From an uncultured Verrucomicrobiae bacterium (GTDB taxonomy: Bacteria > Verrucomicrobiota > Verrucomicrobiia > Chthoniobacterales > Chthoniobacteraceae), in contig CAWHEP010000009.1 in assembly GCA_963828525.1 (NCBI GenBank), forward strand, positions 256,001 through 320,000: 64,000 nucleotides of DNA, read 5' to 3'. A program made the position numbers and the translations under genes. This document shows, piece after piece, positions 31,624 to 40,691 of this stretch. Under the pieces are notes generated by a model. It searched no databases and was not told the origin of the DNA. It saw only the letters and a program-made list of their open reading frames with translations. Each line of letters begins with the position of its first letter. Position 1 is the first letter of the stretch.

Positions 31624-32606
31624 TGAATACGGTCATCAAGCTGGTATTCGCGGCGCTTTGCATCTGCGCAGTCTCCGGAAGGGCGGGGGAAAAGCAGCAG
31701 GCGAACTGGACGCAGCGGTACTGCCTGGGCCCGGAAGACATTTTGAACCTTTCGCTGTATGGACATCCTGAGTTGGACCGAAACGAGATGTTTGTTCAGC
31801 CGGATGGAACAATCAGCTTTCTACAGGCACAAAATGTAAAAGCCGCCGGGCTCACAATCGATGAGTTGCGCGCCGAGATTGAGACCAAGCTATCGGAATT
31901 TTTCAAGCAACCCCGGATGATGATCTCGCCCGTCGAGTTGCGCAGCAAACGCTACTTTCTTATGGGGAAGGTCGTCGACAAAGGATCGTTCCCCATGGAT
32001 CGTCCCACCACCATCATCGAAGCTGTCGCGCGGGCGCGTGGCATAGAAACCGGCTTGTTTGAGCAAAATACCGTGGAACTGGCGGACATGGAACGCAGCT
32101 TCCTCGTCCGGGGCGGCAAACGGCTCAACATTGATTTTCGAAAGCTTTTCTTCGACGGCGACATGAAACAGAACATTGAGTTGGAGCCTGGCGATTACCT
32201 CTACTTCCCGTCCGCGAATACAAGTGAGGTCTTCGTATTGGGCGATGTGAACTCTCCAGGGCCGCAGGGATTTACTCCGGAGCTTACGGTGCTGGCTGCC
32301 ATCGCTCAACGAGATGGGTATACGGCGGCAGCCTATCGTGAACGGGTGCTGGTGGTGCGCGGCGCACTCACAAAGCCTGAAGTATTCGTTGTCGATACAA
32401 ATGCTATTCTCAAAGGGAGAAAGCCCGATTTCCTTTTGAAGCCTAAAGATATTGTTTACATCAATAGCCGACCTTGGAGATACGCCGAGGAACTTGCGGA
32501 TGTCGCTGTGGGCGCCTTTGTGCAGGCGACCGTAACAACGTGGACGGGACAGAGCGTCGGCCCTTTCATAAAAAGCGCGATTCTTCCCAAGGTGAGGATT
32601 GAATAA
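31623..32606 (+). CDS. Polysaccharide export protein (Poly_export + SLBB repeats)
   Basis: YCLGPEDIL, VQPDGTISF, AAGLT, LGDVNSPG. TGATG-coupled start. Confidence 0.85.
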   Translation: MNTVIKLVFAALCICAVSGRAGEKQQANWTQRYCLGPEDILNLSLYGHPELDRNEMFVQPDGTISFLQAQNVKAAGLTIDELRAEIETKLSEFFKQPRMMISPVELRSKRYFLMGKVVDKGSFPMDRPTTIIEAVARARGIETGLFEQNTVELADMERSFLVRGGKRLNIDFRKLFFDGDMKQNIELEPGDYLYFPSANTSEVFVLGDVNSPGPQGFTPELTVLAAIAQRDGYTAAAYRERVLVVRGALTKPEVFVVDTNAILKGRKPDFLLKPKDIVYINSRPWRYAEELADVAVGAFVQATVTTWTGQSVGPFIKSAILPKVRIE

Positions 32607-33739
32607 TGTTCCCCTCCTCAAGAGCCGCGCTATCGGTGGTTGCGCTTCTGATATTCTCATCGTGCTCACCGATGGGCCGCAGTTTCGACCCTCGCCCCGC
32701 CGCAAAGAAGGGATCACATGGAACGGAGGACGCCGGGTTCCGGACGGTGTCAGCCGGGCAAATACCAGCCGAATACCTGAAGCCATCCAAAGAGCCCTTC
32801 AGACTGGGCGTCAGCGACAAAGTTGAAGTCGAGCTTATGAACGTGGGAAACACGCGTCAACTTTGCCACGTGATGCCCGATGGAATGCTGTATTACCAGA
32901 TGCTCCACGGGATAAAAGCGGGGGGCTTGACGCTGCCCGAACTCAAGGAGCAGTTGCAGGCCTCTCTTAAGGAGCTCTACCGCAACCCGGAGGTCTCTGT
33001 AGTGCTTCGCGACGTCTCCAGCCAGCGCGTGTGGGTTTTGGGCCGGGTAAACACATCCGGCCTATACCCCTTATCCGGTCCGATGACGGTTCTTGAGGCA
33101 ATCTCAAGAGCAGGCGGTTTATTCACCTCCCGATTCTCCGGAACTACTGAAGAATTAGCAGATTTACAACACAGCTTTTTGATCCGAGACGGTGAAATGG
33201 TGCCGGTCGATTTTTACAAGCTGCTTAGAGCCGGCGACTTGTCACAGAACATCTATTTGAAGAATGGGGACTACGTGTATTTGCCTTCCGCGCTGGGACA
33301 CGAGGTCTATGTGCTCGGAGCTGTGCGAAGTCCGAAAGCGATCGGGTTCAAAGATCAGGTGACCCTGGTGAACGCGGTCGCGGAAGCAAAAGGACTCCTT
33401 CCTTCCGCGTACGCGCAGAGGGTCGTCATTGTTCGGGGATCTTTGACAAAGCCGACGGTCGCCGTGGTTAATATAAATGAAATAATGCACGGAAAAGCGC
33501 GTGATGTCGCCTTGCAGCCTAGAGACATCGTGTGGGTGCCAAATGGACCCTGGGAGCGTGTGGAGTCTTATACCAAAATGATTGTAAATACCTTTGTACG
33601 CACAGTAGCCGCAAACGAAGGTGATCACGCCGCGTCCGAAAATGCGCAGCCTGTGCAATCCGCGCTCTCCCTAAGCACGGCGCCGGCGATTGCCCCCCTT
33701 CCCGCGCCTCTGATTCAATCCGAGGCTCGCGCGCAGTGA
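32606..33739 (+). CDS. Polysaccharide export lipoprotein (Wza/OPX)
   Basis: Lipobox-like IFSSC, VMPDG, VLGRVNTSG, EAISRAGG, LQPRDIVWVP. Confidence 0.85.
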   Translation: MFPSSRAALSVVALLIFSSCSPMGRSFDPRPAAKKGSHGTEDAGFRTVSAGQIPAEYLKPSKEPFRLGVSDKVEVELMNVGNTRQLCHVMPDGMLYYQMLHGIKAGGLTLPELKEQLQASLKELYRNPEVSVVLRDVSSQRVWVLGRVNTSGLYPLSGPMTVLEAISRAGGLFTSRFSGTTEELADLQHSFLIRDGEMVPVDFYKLLRAGDLSQNIYLKNGDYVYLPSALGHEVYVLGAVRSPKAIGFKDQVTLVNAVAEAKGLLPSAYAQRVVIVRGSLTKPTVAVVNINEIMHGKARDVALQPRDIVWVPNGPWERVESYTKMIVNTFVRTVAANEGDHAASENAQPVQSALSLSTAPAIAPLPAPLIQSEARAQ

Positions 33740-33744
33740 CGCAT

Positions 33745-34860
33745 TCAGTTGTAGAACCGCCACCAGCGCTCGTAGACGGATACAAGCTCCTCGAAGCTTG
33801 AACCCGGTGGGCGCGCAAGATGCCGCGCCGCTCCGGCGGTGTCGGCGCCAAGAAGGCAGAAAAGCGCTCTCTGCAGGGCTCCGCGCGGGTAGTCCAGAGG
33901 ACTCGGAAGGGCGCTGCCGCGCTTGAACCGGTCTCGCCAGTGTAGCGCGAGGTTCCGAAGCCGCCCTGAGGATGGATACAGTCGCCCATGGAAGTTTTCA
34001 TATTCGCTTACGCGCTGAAATGGAGCGCGGAGCCGCAGCGACTCCATCCATAAAAACGTTCTCGTCCATACAGACGTGATGGTCTCCTGCGCCTCACGGA
34101 GGGCGTCCAAGGGCGGGTAGATATGGCGAGGGTTCAGCTTGAACGCCACGCCCGATTCGTGCCACCTCATCAATAATGGCCAATCTGGCGGTACCGGTGA
34201 GCCTATGTTGGAAAGCCGCGAATGCCTTTCGACACACGAAAAATGGTATCTGCCTTGGAACGCCAGAACGGCATCCGCAAGAGCCAGCTTCACTTTGGCA
34301 TGATTGCGTTCGATGAACCCGTCCGACACTCGACTGCTATTTGACGCGAGCGCCGCTAGTGAGAAGAGAAGTCCGGATCCTCGATTGAAGAGCAGGCGGA
34401 TGGCTTCTGGCGCGGGGATGAGGGCCGGATCGCTTAGGTTCGAGGGAAGCGACTCGATAAAGCCATCGCAGCTCTGAACAATCCTATGGCGCGCGAGCAG
34501 ATCGTAATAAAACATGGATGGCTCGGCCGATCTGAAAGCACTTTCCCGGAGAAGTTTGAATTCCACTTCGATACCAGTGATTTCCTCACCGTCGTGGGAT
34601 TGCCGAGAGCACCATTGTTCAATGGGACCTTGAGAAGCGGCGTCACGGGTTACCAGGTAGAATTCCAGATCATTATAAAGCACCGGCGCCGCGCTCTCGG
34701 ACACGCGGAACACTCCTCCCTCGCCACGCCCATAGCCGCCAGCGAGGAGCAAGGCTTTGACGTCCGAATAAAACTTCTGCGCTTGCAAATCCTCGGATAG
34801 CCGGGCGAGAAAGCCGTCGAGGAGCGCTTTTAGGCCAGGCTCGTCACCAAGGAAATACAA
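33745..34860 (-). CDS. Pol-beta-superfamily nucleotidyltransferase-like protein, function unknown
   Basis: LLLAGGYGRGEGG...YNDLEFYLV (G-G/S...D-x-E), followed by a helical C-terminal domain. Start uncertain. Confidence 0.65.
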   Translation of the reverse strand: MYFLGDEPGLKALLDGFLARLSEDLQAQKFYSDVKALLLAGGYGRGEGGVFRVSESAAPVLYNDLEFYLVTRDAASQGPIEQWCSRQSHDGEEITGIEVEFKLLRESAFRSAEPSMFYYDLLARHRIVQSCDGFIESLPSNLSDPALIPAPEAIRLLFNRGSGLLFSLAALASNSSRVSDGFIERNHAKVKLALADAVLAFQGRYHFSCVERHSRLSNIGSPVPPDWPLLMRWHESGVAFKLNPRHIYPPLDALREAQETITSVWTRTFLWMESLRLRAPFQRVSEYENFHGRLYPSSGRLRNLALHWRDRFKRGSALPSPLDYPRGALQRALFCLLGADTAGAARHLARPPGSSFEELVSVYERWWRFYN

Positions 34861-34877
34861 GACCGATGATCCGGCAA

Positions 34878-35189
34878 TCAGTTCTCGATCTCGAAGATGC
34901 GATGAAGCCTCAGTAGCTCGATGACAGCCTGAACCGGGGGCTTTACGTGTTGAAGCTTTACCCCGGGATTAGGAGGTGGCAATCGCTTGTAAAGGCTCAA
35001 GAGCGCTCCGACCCCGGAACTGTCGATGAAATCCACGCTGGCAAGATCCGCGCGGACTTTGGTGATTCCGGCAGCCCAACTTGTGTCAATCTCTTTTTTG
35101 AAATCGGGGGCGGTAGACGCGTCGAGACGGGAAACAATAACACGGAGGGAAAGAACTCCCCCGTCGAGCGAGGTTTCAAGAGTTTTCAT
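34878..35189 (-). CDS. STAS-domain anti-sigma-factor antagonist (RsbV/SpoIIAA/SypA-like)
   Basis: RLDASTAPDFK, DLASVDFIDSSGVGALL, LLRLHRIF. Confidence 0.92.
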   Translation of the reverse strand: MKTLETSLDGGVLSLRVIVSRLDASTAPDFKKEIDTSWAAGITKVRADLASVDFIDSSGVGALLSLYKRLPPPNPGVKLQHVKPPVQAVIELLRLHRIFEIEN

Positions 35190-35236
35190 GCTGTCCGAAC
35201 AATAGATTGGCATCGAGGATTTAAAAGCCTTAAGGT

Positions 35237-36427
35237 GTGCGCCCGTTGAAACTGCTGTTTGTTCACCAAAGCTTCGGCAGTCTTGGAGGCGCGGAAGCCA
35301 ACGCTTTCATCACTGCGACGGAGATGAAGGCCCGCGGACACAAGGCGGCGCTCCTGACTCGCAAGGGGACGGGCAAGAACGAGGAAGCCTGGAGGAAGCT
35401 GTTCGTGGATGGATTTTTCACGCTGCCTGAAATAGAGGACAGTCTGGAGGGATTCCAGCCAGACGTGATTTACATGCATAAATGGGACGATCGTGCTTCC
35501 ATCCGCCATCTGCTGGCCTCTGGACGACCCATCATCCGCATGGTTCATGATCACGATGTTTACTGCCTCCGCAGTTACAAATACAACGTGTTCACACGGC
35601 GCATTTGCACCCGTCCCGCCACACCTTATTGCGTGTTCCCGTGCCTTGCGCCACTAACACGCGTCCGAGGAGGGAAGCTGCCTTTCAAGTGGGCGAGCTA
35701 CTCCAAAAAGCTGGAAGAGATCGCCCTTAACAAACGTTTCAACCGTCACCTCGTGGTCACCCATTTCATGAAAAATGAAATGGTCATCAACGGGTTTTCT
35801 CCAGAGAGCATAGAAATCTTTCCCCCGGTTCCCCGACCCGGCGATTCTTTACGGAGCACCTTTTCAGAGCGAAATTTGCTGATCTACGCGGGACAAATCA
35901 TCCGGGGAAAAGGCGTCGACGTCTTGCTGAGAGCACTCGCGAAAGTCCGTTCACCGTTTGAAGCCGTGATTTTGGGAGATGGGAATCAACGCTCCAAATG
36001 CGAAGCGCTCTCGTCCCAACTCGGCTTGGCTGATCGCGTTATGTTCAAGGGATTTGTGCCACAGGCGGAGTTGAAGGACTTCTACCAGGATACGTCCGTG
36101 GTCATGATTTCATCTCTTTGGCCAGAACCCATCGCCACAATAGGTCTCGAAGTGATGCGTTACGCTCTCCCGGTGGTCGCTTTCGACGCCGGAGGAATCA
36201 AAGACTGGTTGCACGATGGCGTGAATGGATTCTTGGTACCATGGAAGGACATTGACGCGTACGCGTCGCGACTGGATGAACTGCTTCGGGACAAAGGAAA
36301 GGCCCGGGAAATGGGGGAGCGGGGCTTGGAAATTGTGTCCAGAGATTACGATTTTGATGAATATCTAGCTCGCCTTGAAAAACTTTTTTCGACGGTGGCG
36401 CAGGAACCGCTACATCGGGATTCGTGA
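35237..36427 (+). CDS. Glycosyltransferase family 4 with Cys-rich insert
   Basis: GGAE, VHDHDVYC...C...C..C, KGVD, SLWPEPIATIGLEVM. Confidence 0.85.
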   Translation: MRPLKLLFVHQSFGSLGGAEANAFITATEMKARGHKAALLTRKGTGKNEEAWRKLFVDGFFTLPEIEDSLEGFQPDVIYMHKWDDRASIRHLLASGRPIIRMVHDHDVYCLRSYKYNVFTRRICTRPATPYCVFPCLAPLTRVRGGKLPFKWASYSKKLEEIALNKRFNRHLVVTHFMKNEMVINGFSPESIEIFPPVPRPGDSLRSTFSERNLLIYAGQIIRGKGVDVLLRALAKVRSPFEAVILGDGNQRSKCEALSSQLGLADRVMFKGFVPQAELKDFYQDTSVVMISSLWPEPIATIGLEVMRYALPVVAFDAGGIKDWLHDGVNGFLVPWKDIDAYASRLDELLRDKGKAREMGERGLEIVSRDYDFDEYLARLEKLFSTVAQEPLHRDS

Positions 36428-37047
36428 CGGGCTCCGGCAATACATTATCTCTGATCATCGGCATCACCGGAGGAAGCGGCTCCGGCAAAACAGAACTGGC
36501 AAATTATCTCTGCAAGGCGCTTGGCCGCAGGGCTATGCTGCTTTCTCACGACTGGTACTACAAGGACCGGACGGGCTGCGCTGACGAGGCAAGGTCGAAG
36601 TTGAATTTCGATCATCCCCGCGCTTTGGAAACTGCCCTCCTGACGAGACATCTGCGCGAACTCAGCGCGCGCAAGGAGGTGCGCGCCCCAAGGTACAATT
36701 ACGCGACCAGCAGCCGCACTGAAAGCGTTGCGGCGCGCTCCGCGGACATCATTTTCCTGGAGGGCCTGTTTATCTTGCACGAGGAGCGGCTCCGATGCTT
36801 AATCGACACGTCGATCTTCGTGGAAGTGCCCGCGGACATCCGTCTTCTGCGGCGCATCCGGCGCGACACGCGCGAGCGCGGAATCCCTGTCGAAGAGACT
36901 CTGCGTCTCTATGAAAACTTCACAAGGCCCATGCACGACCGCTTCGTCCAGCCTTCGGCCCGCCATGCAACGCACGTGTGGGAGCCACTGAAAGACAAGA
37001 CATTCCCGGCGCGCTTTAAACGTCAACTAAAGGAGAGGCTGGGATGA
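36424..37047 (+). CDS. udk: Uridine kinase family protein
   Basis: GITGGSGSGKT, DWYYKD, NFDHP, LEGLF, RRIRRDTRERG, MHDRFVQPS. Confidence 0.85.
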   Translation: MTGSGNTLSLIIGITGGSGSGKTELANYLCKALGRRAMLLSHDWYYKDRTGCADEARSKLNFDHPRALETALLTRHLRELSARKEVRAPRYNYATSSRTESVAARSADIIFLEGLFILHEERLRCLIDTSIFVEVPADIRLLRRIRRDTRERGIPVEETLRLYENFTRPMHDRFVQPSARHATHVWEPLKDKTFPARFKRQLKERLG

Positions 37048-37778
37048 GCGGGAACCGCGATGTAATCGACCACCAAGTCGCGGAATACTGGAGCAAGGCA
37101 GCTACCGCGCGCGGGCGCTTTCGGATAACCGCTCGCCTTTGGCTGAAGCGCAGGCTGTGGGGCATCGTGGTGGGAAGCTCCATGTTCCTGAAGAGAGCGC
37201 TCGACTTGGTCGCCGCGACGGCGGCGCTCGCGGCTCTGTCTCCCGTTTTCCTTGTTACAATGCTTTTGATCAAGCTCGAGGATGGCGGCTCGCTTTTCTT
37301 CAAACAAACGCGGGTGGGTCTCCGAGGGCGCGCCTTTGGCATGTGGAAATTCCGTTCCATGGTGCCGAATGCGGACGCCTTGAAAGACAAGCTAGCTGCC
37401 CAGAACGAGATGAAGGGCGGGGTTATCTTTAAAATGAAAGATGACCCCCGCGTCACAAAGGTTGGAAAGTGGATTAGAAAGTTCTCGATCGACGAACTCC
37501 CTCAGATTCTCAACGTGTTGAGGGGTGAGATGTCTCTTGTTGGCCCGCGCCCTCCCGTCCCGAGGGAGGTTGCGGAGTATAGCGTGGAAGATCGCCAAAG
37601 GCTGCTCGTGAAGCCGGGACTCACCTGCTTGTGGCAGGTCGGCGGCCGCAGCGAGATCGACTTCGCGGGGCAAGTGCGTCTCGACATTGCTTATATCCGC
37701 TCCGAGAGCATCTGGCTGGATTTCAAGCTGCTGCTGCAAACAGTGCCGGCGGTGTTGTTTGGGAAAGGAGCGTATTGA
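37044..37778 (+). CDS. Priming sugar transferase (polyprenyl phosphoglycosyl transferase)
   Basis: KRALDL, KFRSM, DDPRVT, IDELPQILNV, SLVGPRP, KPGLTCLWQV. Confidence 0.95.
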   Translation: MSGNRDVIDHQVAEYWSKAATARGRFRITARLWLKRRLWGIVVGSSMFLKRALDLVAATAALAALSPVFLVTMLLIKLEDGGSLFFKQTRVGLRGRAFGMWKFRSMVPNADALKDKLAAQNEMKGGVIFKMKDDPRVTKVGKWIRKFSIDELPQILNVLRGEMSLVGPRPPVPREVAEYSVEDRQRLLVKPGLTCLWQVGGRSEIDFAGQVRLDIAYIRSESIWLDFKLLLQTVPAVLFGKGAY

Positions 37779-38965
37779 AGACCTTCTTATTACTATCCCC
37801 CGACTATTCGGCCCTGGATTCGATCTGGCGCAACGCGCTGCCATTCTCGCTTTGGCCAGTGGGGCCTCAGCCTCTGCTTGCACATTGGATGGATGAGTCC
37901 GTGCGGACGGGAGCTGCAAGCGTGACGATCTATGCCTCGGACCGGCCCTCTGAGATCCGTCACTTCCTGGAGGGGGGGAACTATTGGAGCAAAAAGGTGG
38001 AAGTGATTGCGTTAAAAAATGATGGCATGGCTCCAGAAGGGTGCGTCCGGATGGATCACCTTCCATTTCAAGCCTCAATCGAATCCCCTTTTTCGTCCCC
38101 TCAGGCGCTTCTCGATCACTGGCTGGCGCTGCAACACGCGTGGCTTGCAAACAGGGGAGCGGAGGGGGTCAGCATCGACATCGAAAAAGTCCCCGGCGGC
38201 TGGGTAGGACCTCTGGCGCGCATCCATCCGAGCGCGAAACTCATCCCTCCATTTTGGATCGGGGCTCGCGCCGAAATTGGCGCGGAATGCGAGATAGGTC
38301 CGAACGCGCTCGTTGGCAGCGGCAGCGTGCTTGACCGGCACGTCATGGTGCGGGACGCCATAGTGATGCCGGATACTTATCTTGGACAGAATACCGGGGT
38401 GGAGGCGGCAATCGCGCAGGGCGGCATATTGGTGGATGCCAAGCACGCATGCCGGGTGGATATCCGGGAGAGTTTCATAATGGCCTCGGTTTCAACTCAC
38501 CGCCAGTCCACTTCAATCACTGAGAAAGCAGGCGCTCTGACGGCGCTCGTCTTCCTCGCGCCAATCGCGGCGCTATGGCCCGGCCAGAGTTGGGATGAGC
38601 GCGAGGTCATCAACCACAAGGGGGATATCCTTCTCCTGAGCACCGGGCGCAAAGGTCCGCTTGTAATCCGCCGGTGGCCGTGGCTTAAGGAAGTTGTCTC
38701 CGGCAACCTCCGTTGGTTCGGTATCCTGCCGAGGCTCGAGGCAGATTGGGCGCACCTGCCGCTCGAAACCGCGGAGCGGCTCCGAAGCAGTCCCCCCGGT
38801 CTCTTTTCGTGGGCCGATCTGCAAGGCTGCCATGATCCCTCTTGTCCGGATGAGTGGATCCACGCCGCATACCAGGTGCTGCAAAAAGATGATACCATCA
38901 TGCGGCTCCTGCGAAGCAGACTCACCTACCTGGCGCGACTCAATCCGCGTGTGGCGGAGGCATGA
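37775..38965 (+). CDS. Degenerate NTP-transferase-like / left-handed beta-helix / degenerate sugar-transferase-like fusion
   Basis: TTG start after AAGGAG; PFSLWPVGPQPLLAHW, hexapeptide repeats (IGARAEIGAECEIGPNALVG), WLKEVVSGNLRWFGILPR...PPGLFSWA. Confidence 0.6.
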   Translation: MKTFLLLSPDYSALDSIWRNALPFSLWPVGPQPLLAHWMDESVRTGAASVTIYASDRPSEIRHFLEGGNYWSKKVEVIALKNDGMAPEGCVRMDHLPFQASIESPFSSPQALLDHWLALQHAWLANRGAEGVSIDIEKVPGGWVGPLARIHPSAKLIPPFWIGARAEIGAECEIGPNALVGSGSVLDRHVMVRDAIVMPDTYLGQNTGVEAAIAQGGILVDAKHACRVDIRESFIMASVSTHRQSTSITEKAGALTALVFLAPIAALWPGQSWDEREVINHKGDILLLSTGRKGPLVIRRWPWLKEVVSGNLRWFGILPRLEADWAHLPLETAERLRSSPPGLFSWADLQGCHDPSCPDEWIHAAYQVLQKDDTIMRLLRSRLTYLARLNPRVAEA

Positions 38966-40689
38966 CGGATTTTATTCACGAGGATATCGGCGAATGCCGA
39001 TTCCCGGGCGATTTGCGGTATGTCCGGGAAGCCCTGGAGAAGATGAAGGAGTTCTACCTCGCCCGGGGACTGCGTCCCAACGTGTGGTCGCAAGTGGAAC
39101 TCGCCTCGGCCGAGGCAATCAACAACGCGATTGAACACGGCTGCGAACGCCTGCCAGCATCTCAAGTATCAGTTCGGTGGACGTGGGTGAAGAACGTTCT
39201 GCGGGTGGAGGTCACCGACCCAGGCTTTTTCGAGCCGAGCGCCGCGTCAGCACTACTTCCCGACGATCCCCTCGCGGAAGGCGGCAGGGGGCACTTCCTG
39301 ATGACGACCCTGATGGATGCAGTGCGACACTCCAACAGCGGGAGCGGGCATACCGTAATAATGGAAAAGGAGGCGGGGTTTGCCGCATGGGATGAGCGCG
39401 CCGCAGCGGAAATGGAGTCAACCATAGAGTCCATGGCGGAGGATCTGAGCCGGAGCTATGAAGATCTTTCGGCTCTCTTCCGTTTTGCTGAGGAATTGGC
39501 TACCTCCACGACCCTGCCGGATTTCCTCGATAGATCCCTTCCACGCCTGATGACGCTTGTCACAGGACAGGCGGCCTATGTTCGCTTCGCTTCGCAAAGT
39601 GGCAAGCATCTTGACTTGGTGGCTCCCTCAACAGCCATGATGGCAGGGATCGCGCCGAGGCTTAGAACAGAGTCGGGCGCGATGGAGGCTGCCGCCTTTA
39701 CGCGATCCTCGCCTGTCACCATCGAAGACTGCACAAACCTCCCCACGGACGATCCTCTTCACACTCACCCGGGTGGGGCGTTCGCTTGTCCCATCTTTTT
39801 CCGTTCGACAGTCCTCGGATGCCTGGTCGTTCGACGGTCTGCGAAAGATGGTTACTTCTCCGCGGGAGAACTCGGCTTGATAAGAGTGGTCGCGGACTTT
39901 CTGGGCATTGTGCGAACCACCAGCCTTCTGCAGGAACAACGACAGATGGAGCAGCGCGCAGTGCGTGAACTCGAAATCGCTTCGTCCATACAACAATCGC
40001 TCCTCCCTCGTGATTTTCCCGATAGCGCAAATTATCGCCTTTTCGGTTTGTGCCAGAGCGCCCAGCAGGTGGGTGGCGACTACTTCGACGCGCTACAACT
40101 CCCTCAGGGAGGCATTCTGCTGGTAATCGCCGATGTGATGGGCAAGGGGGTGCCCGCGGCTCTATTGGCAACCATCCTCAGAACGGCGATCTACGCCCGG
40201 CTGGACATGGCACAGGAACCAGGGAGACTTCTGACAGCAGTGAACCGCCAGATCACCCGCGACCTTTCACAGCTTGACATGTTCATCACCGCGCAAGTCG
40301 CTTATCTTTCACATAGTGAAAACACCTTGCTGGTTGCGAACGCGGGACATTGTCCTCTCCTTCTTTGTAAGAAGACGCATAGCGGAGTAAGGCAGTTAAA
40401 AGGAGAGGGCGTCCCGTTGGGAGTAATCGACATTTATGAATATCCCACGCAACGTTACGCCGTTGAAGAGGGGGAGCGGTTTGTATTCCTTACTGACGGG
40501 CTGTACGAAGTTGAGGATCTCCAAGAAGAGATGCTCGGGATAGAGCGGCTTGTTCAGCATATAGATATGGTGTCCGATCTGCTGCCATCGGACTTCTGCG
40601 CAAAAGTCCTGGAGTTCGTGCGCAACTACTCGGGCCGGCAGCCCGCTTCAGATGATCGCACTCTGCTAACCCTGGAGCGATTGCGATAA
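38962..40689 (+). CDS. RsbW-like Ser kinase - GAF - SpoIIE/PP2C phosphatase fusion
   Basis: EAINNAIEHG, VTDPG, EGGRGHFLM; GAF-like middle; VGGDYFD, IADVMGKG, FLTDGLYE, DDRTLL. Confidence 0.9.
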   Translation: MTDFIHEDIGECRFPGDLRYVREALEKMKEFYLARGLRPNVWSQVELASAEAINNAIEHGCERLPASQVSVRWTWVKNVLRVEVTDPGFFEPSAASALLPDDPLAEGGRGHFLMTTLMDAVRHSNSGSGHTVIMEKEAGFAAWDERAAAEMESTIESMAEDLSRSYEDLSALFRFAEELATSTTLPDFLDRSLPRLMTLVTGQAAYVRFASQSGKHLDLVAPSTAMMAGIAPRLRTESGAMEAAAFTRSSPVTIEDCTNLPTDDPLHTHPGGAFACPIFFRSTVLGCLVVRRSAKDGYFSAGELGLIRVVADFLGIVRTTSLLQEQRQMEQRAVRELEIASSIQQSLLPRDFPDSANYRLFGLCQSAQQVGGDYFDALQLPQGGILLVIADVMGKGVPAALLATILRTAIYARLDMAQEPGRLLTAVNRQITRDLSQLDMFITAQVAYLSHSENTLLVANAGHCPLLLCKKTHSGVRQLKGEGVPLGVIDIYEYPTQRYAVEEGERFVFLTDGLYEVEDLQEEMLGIERLVQHIDMVSDLLPSDFCAKVLEFVRNYSGRQPASDDRTLLTLERLR

Positions 40690-40691
40690 CA

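Noticed and set aside
33745..34860. Nucleotidyltransferase as a CBASS/CD-NTase or MNT-HEPN toxin-antitoxin component
   Set aside because: No Cap effector, E1/E2/JAB or HEPN partner is nearby. The neighbours are STAS and EPS genes, and the motif is closer to the GlnD-type GGYGRGE.
38230..38400. Hexapeptide repeats as a stand-alone sugar O-acetyltransferase
   Set aside because: The repeats are embedded in a larger fusion, and I saw no typical acetyltransferase C-terminal motif (V.G.PA).
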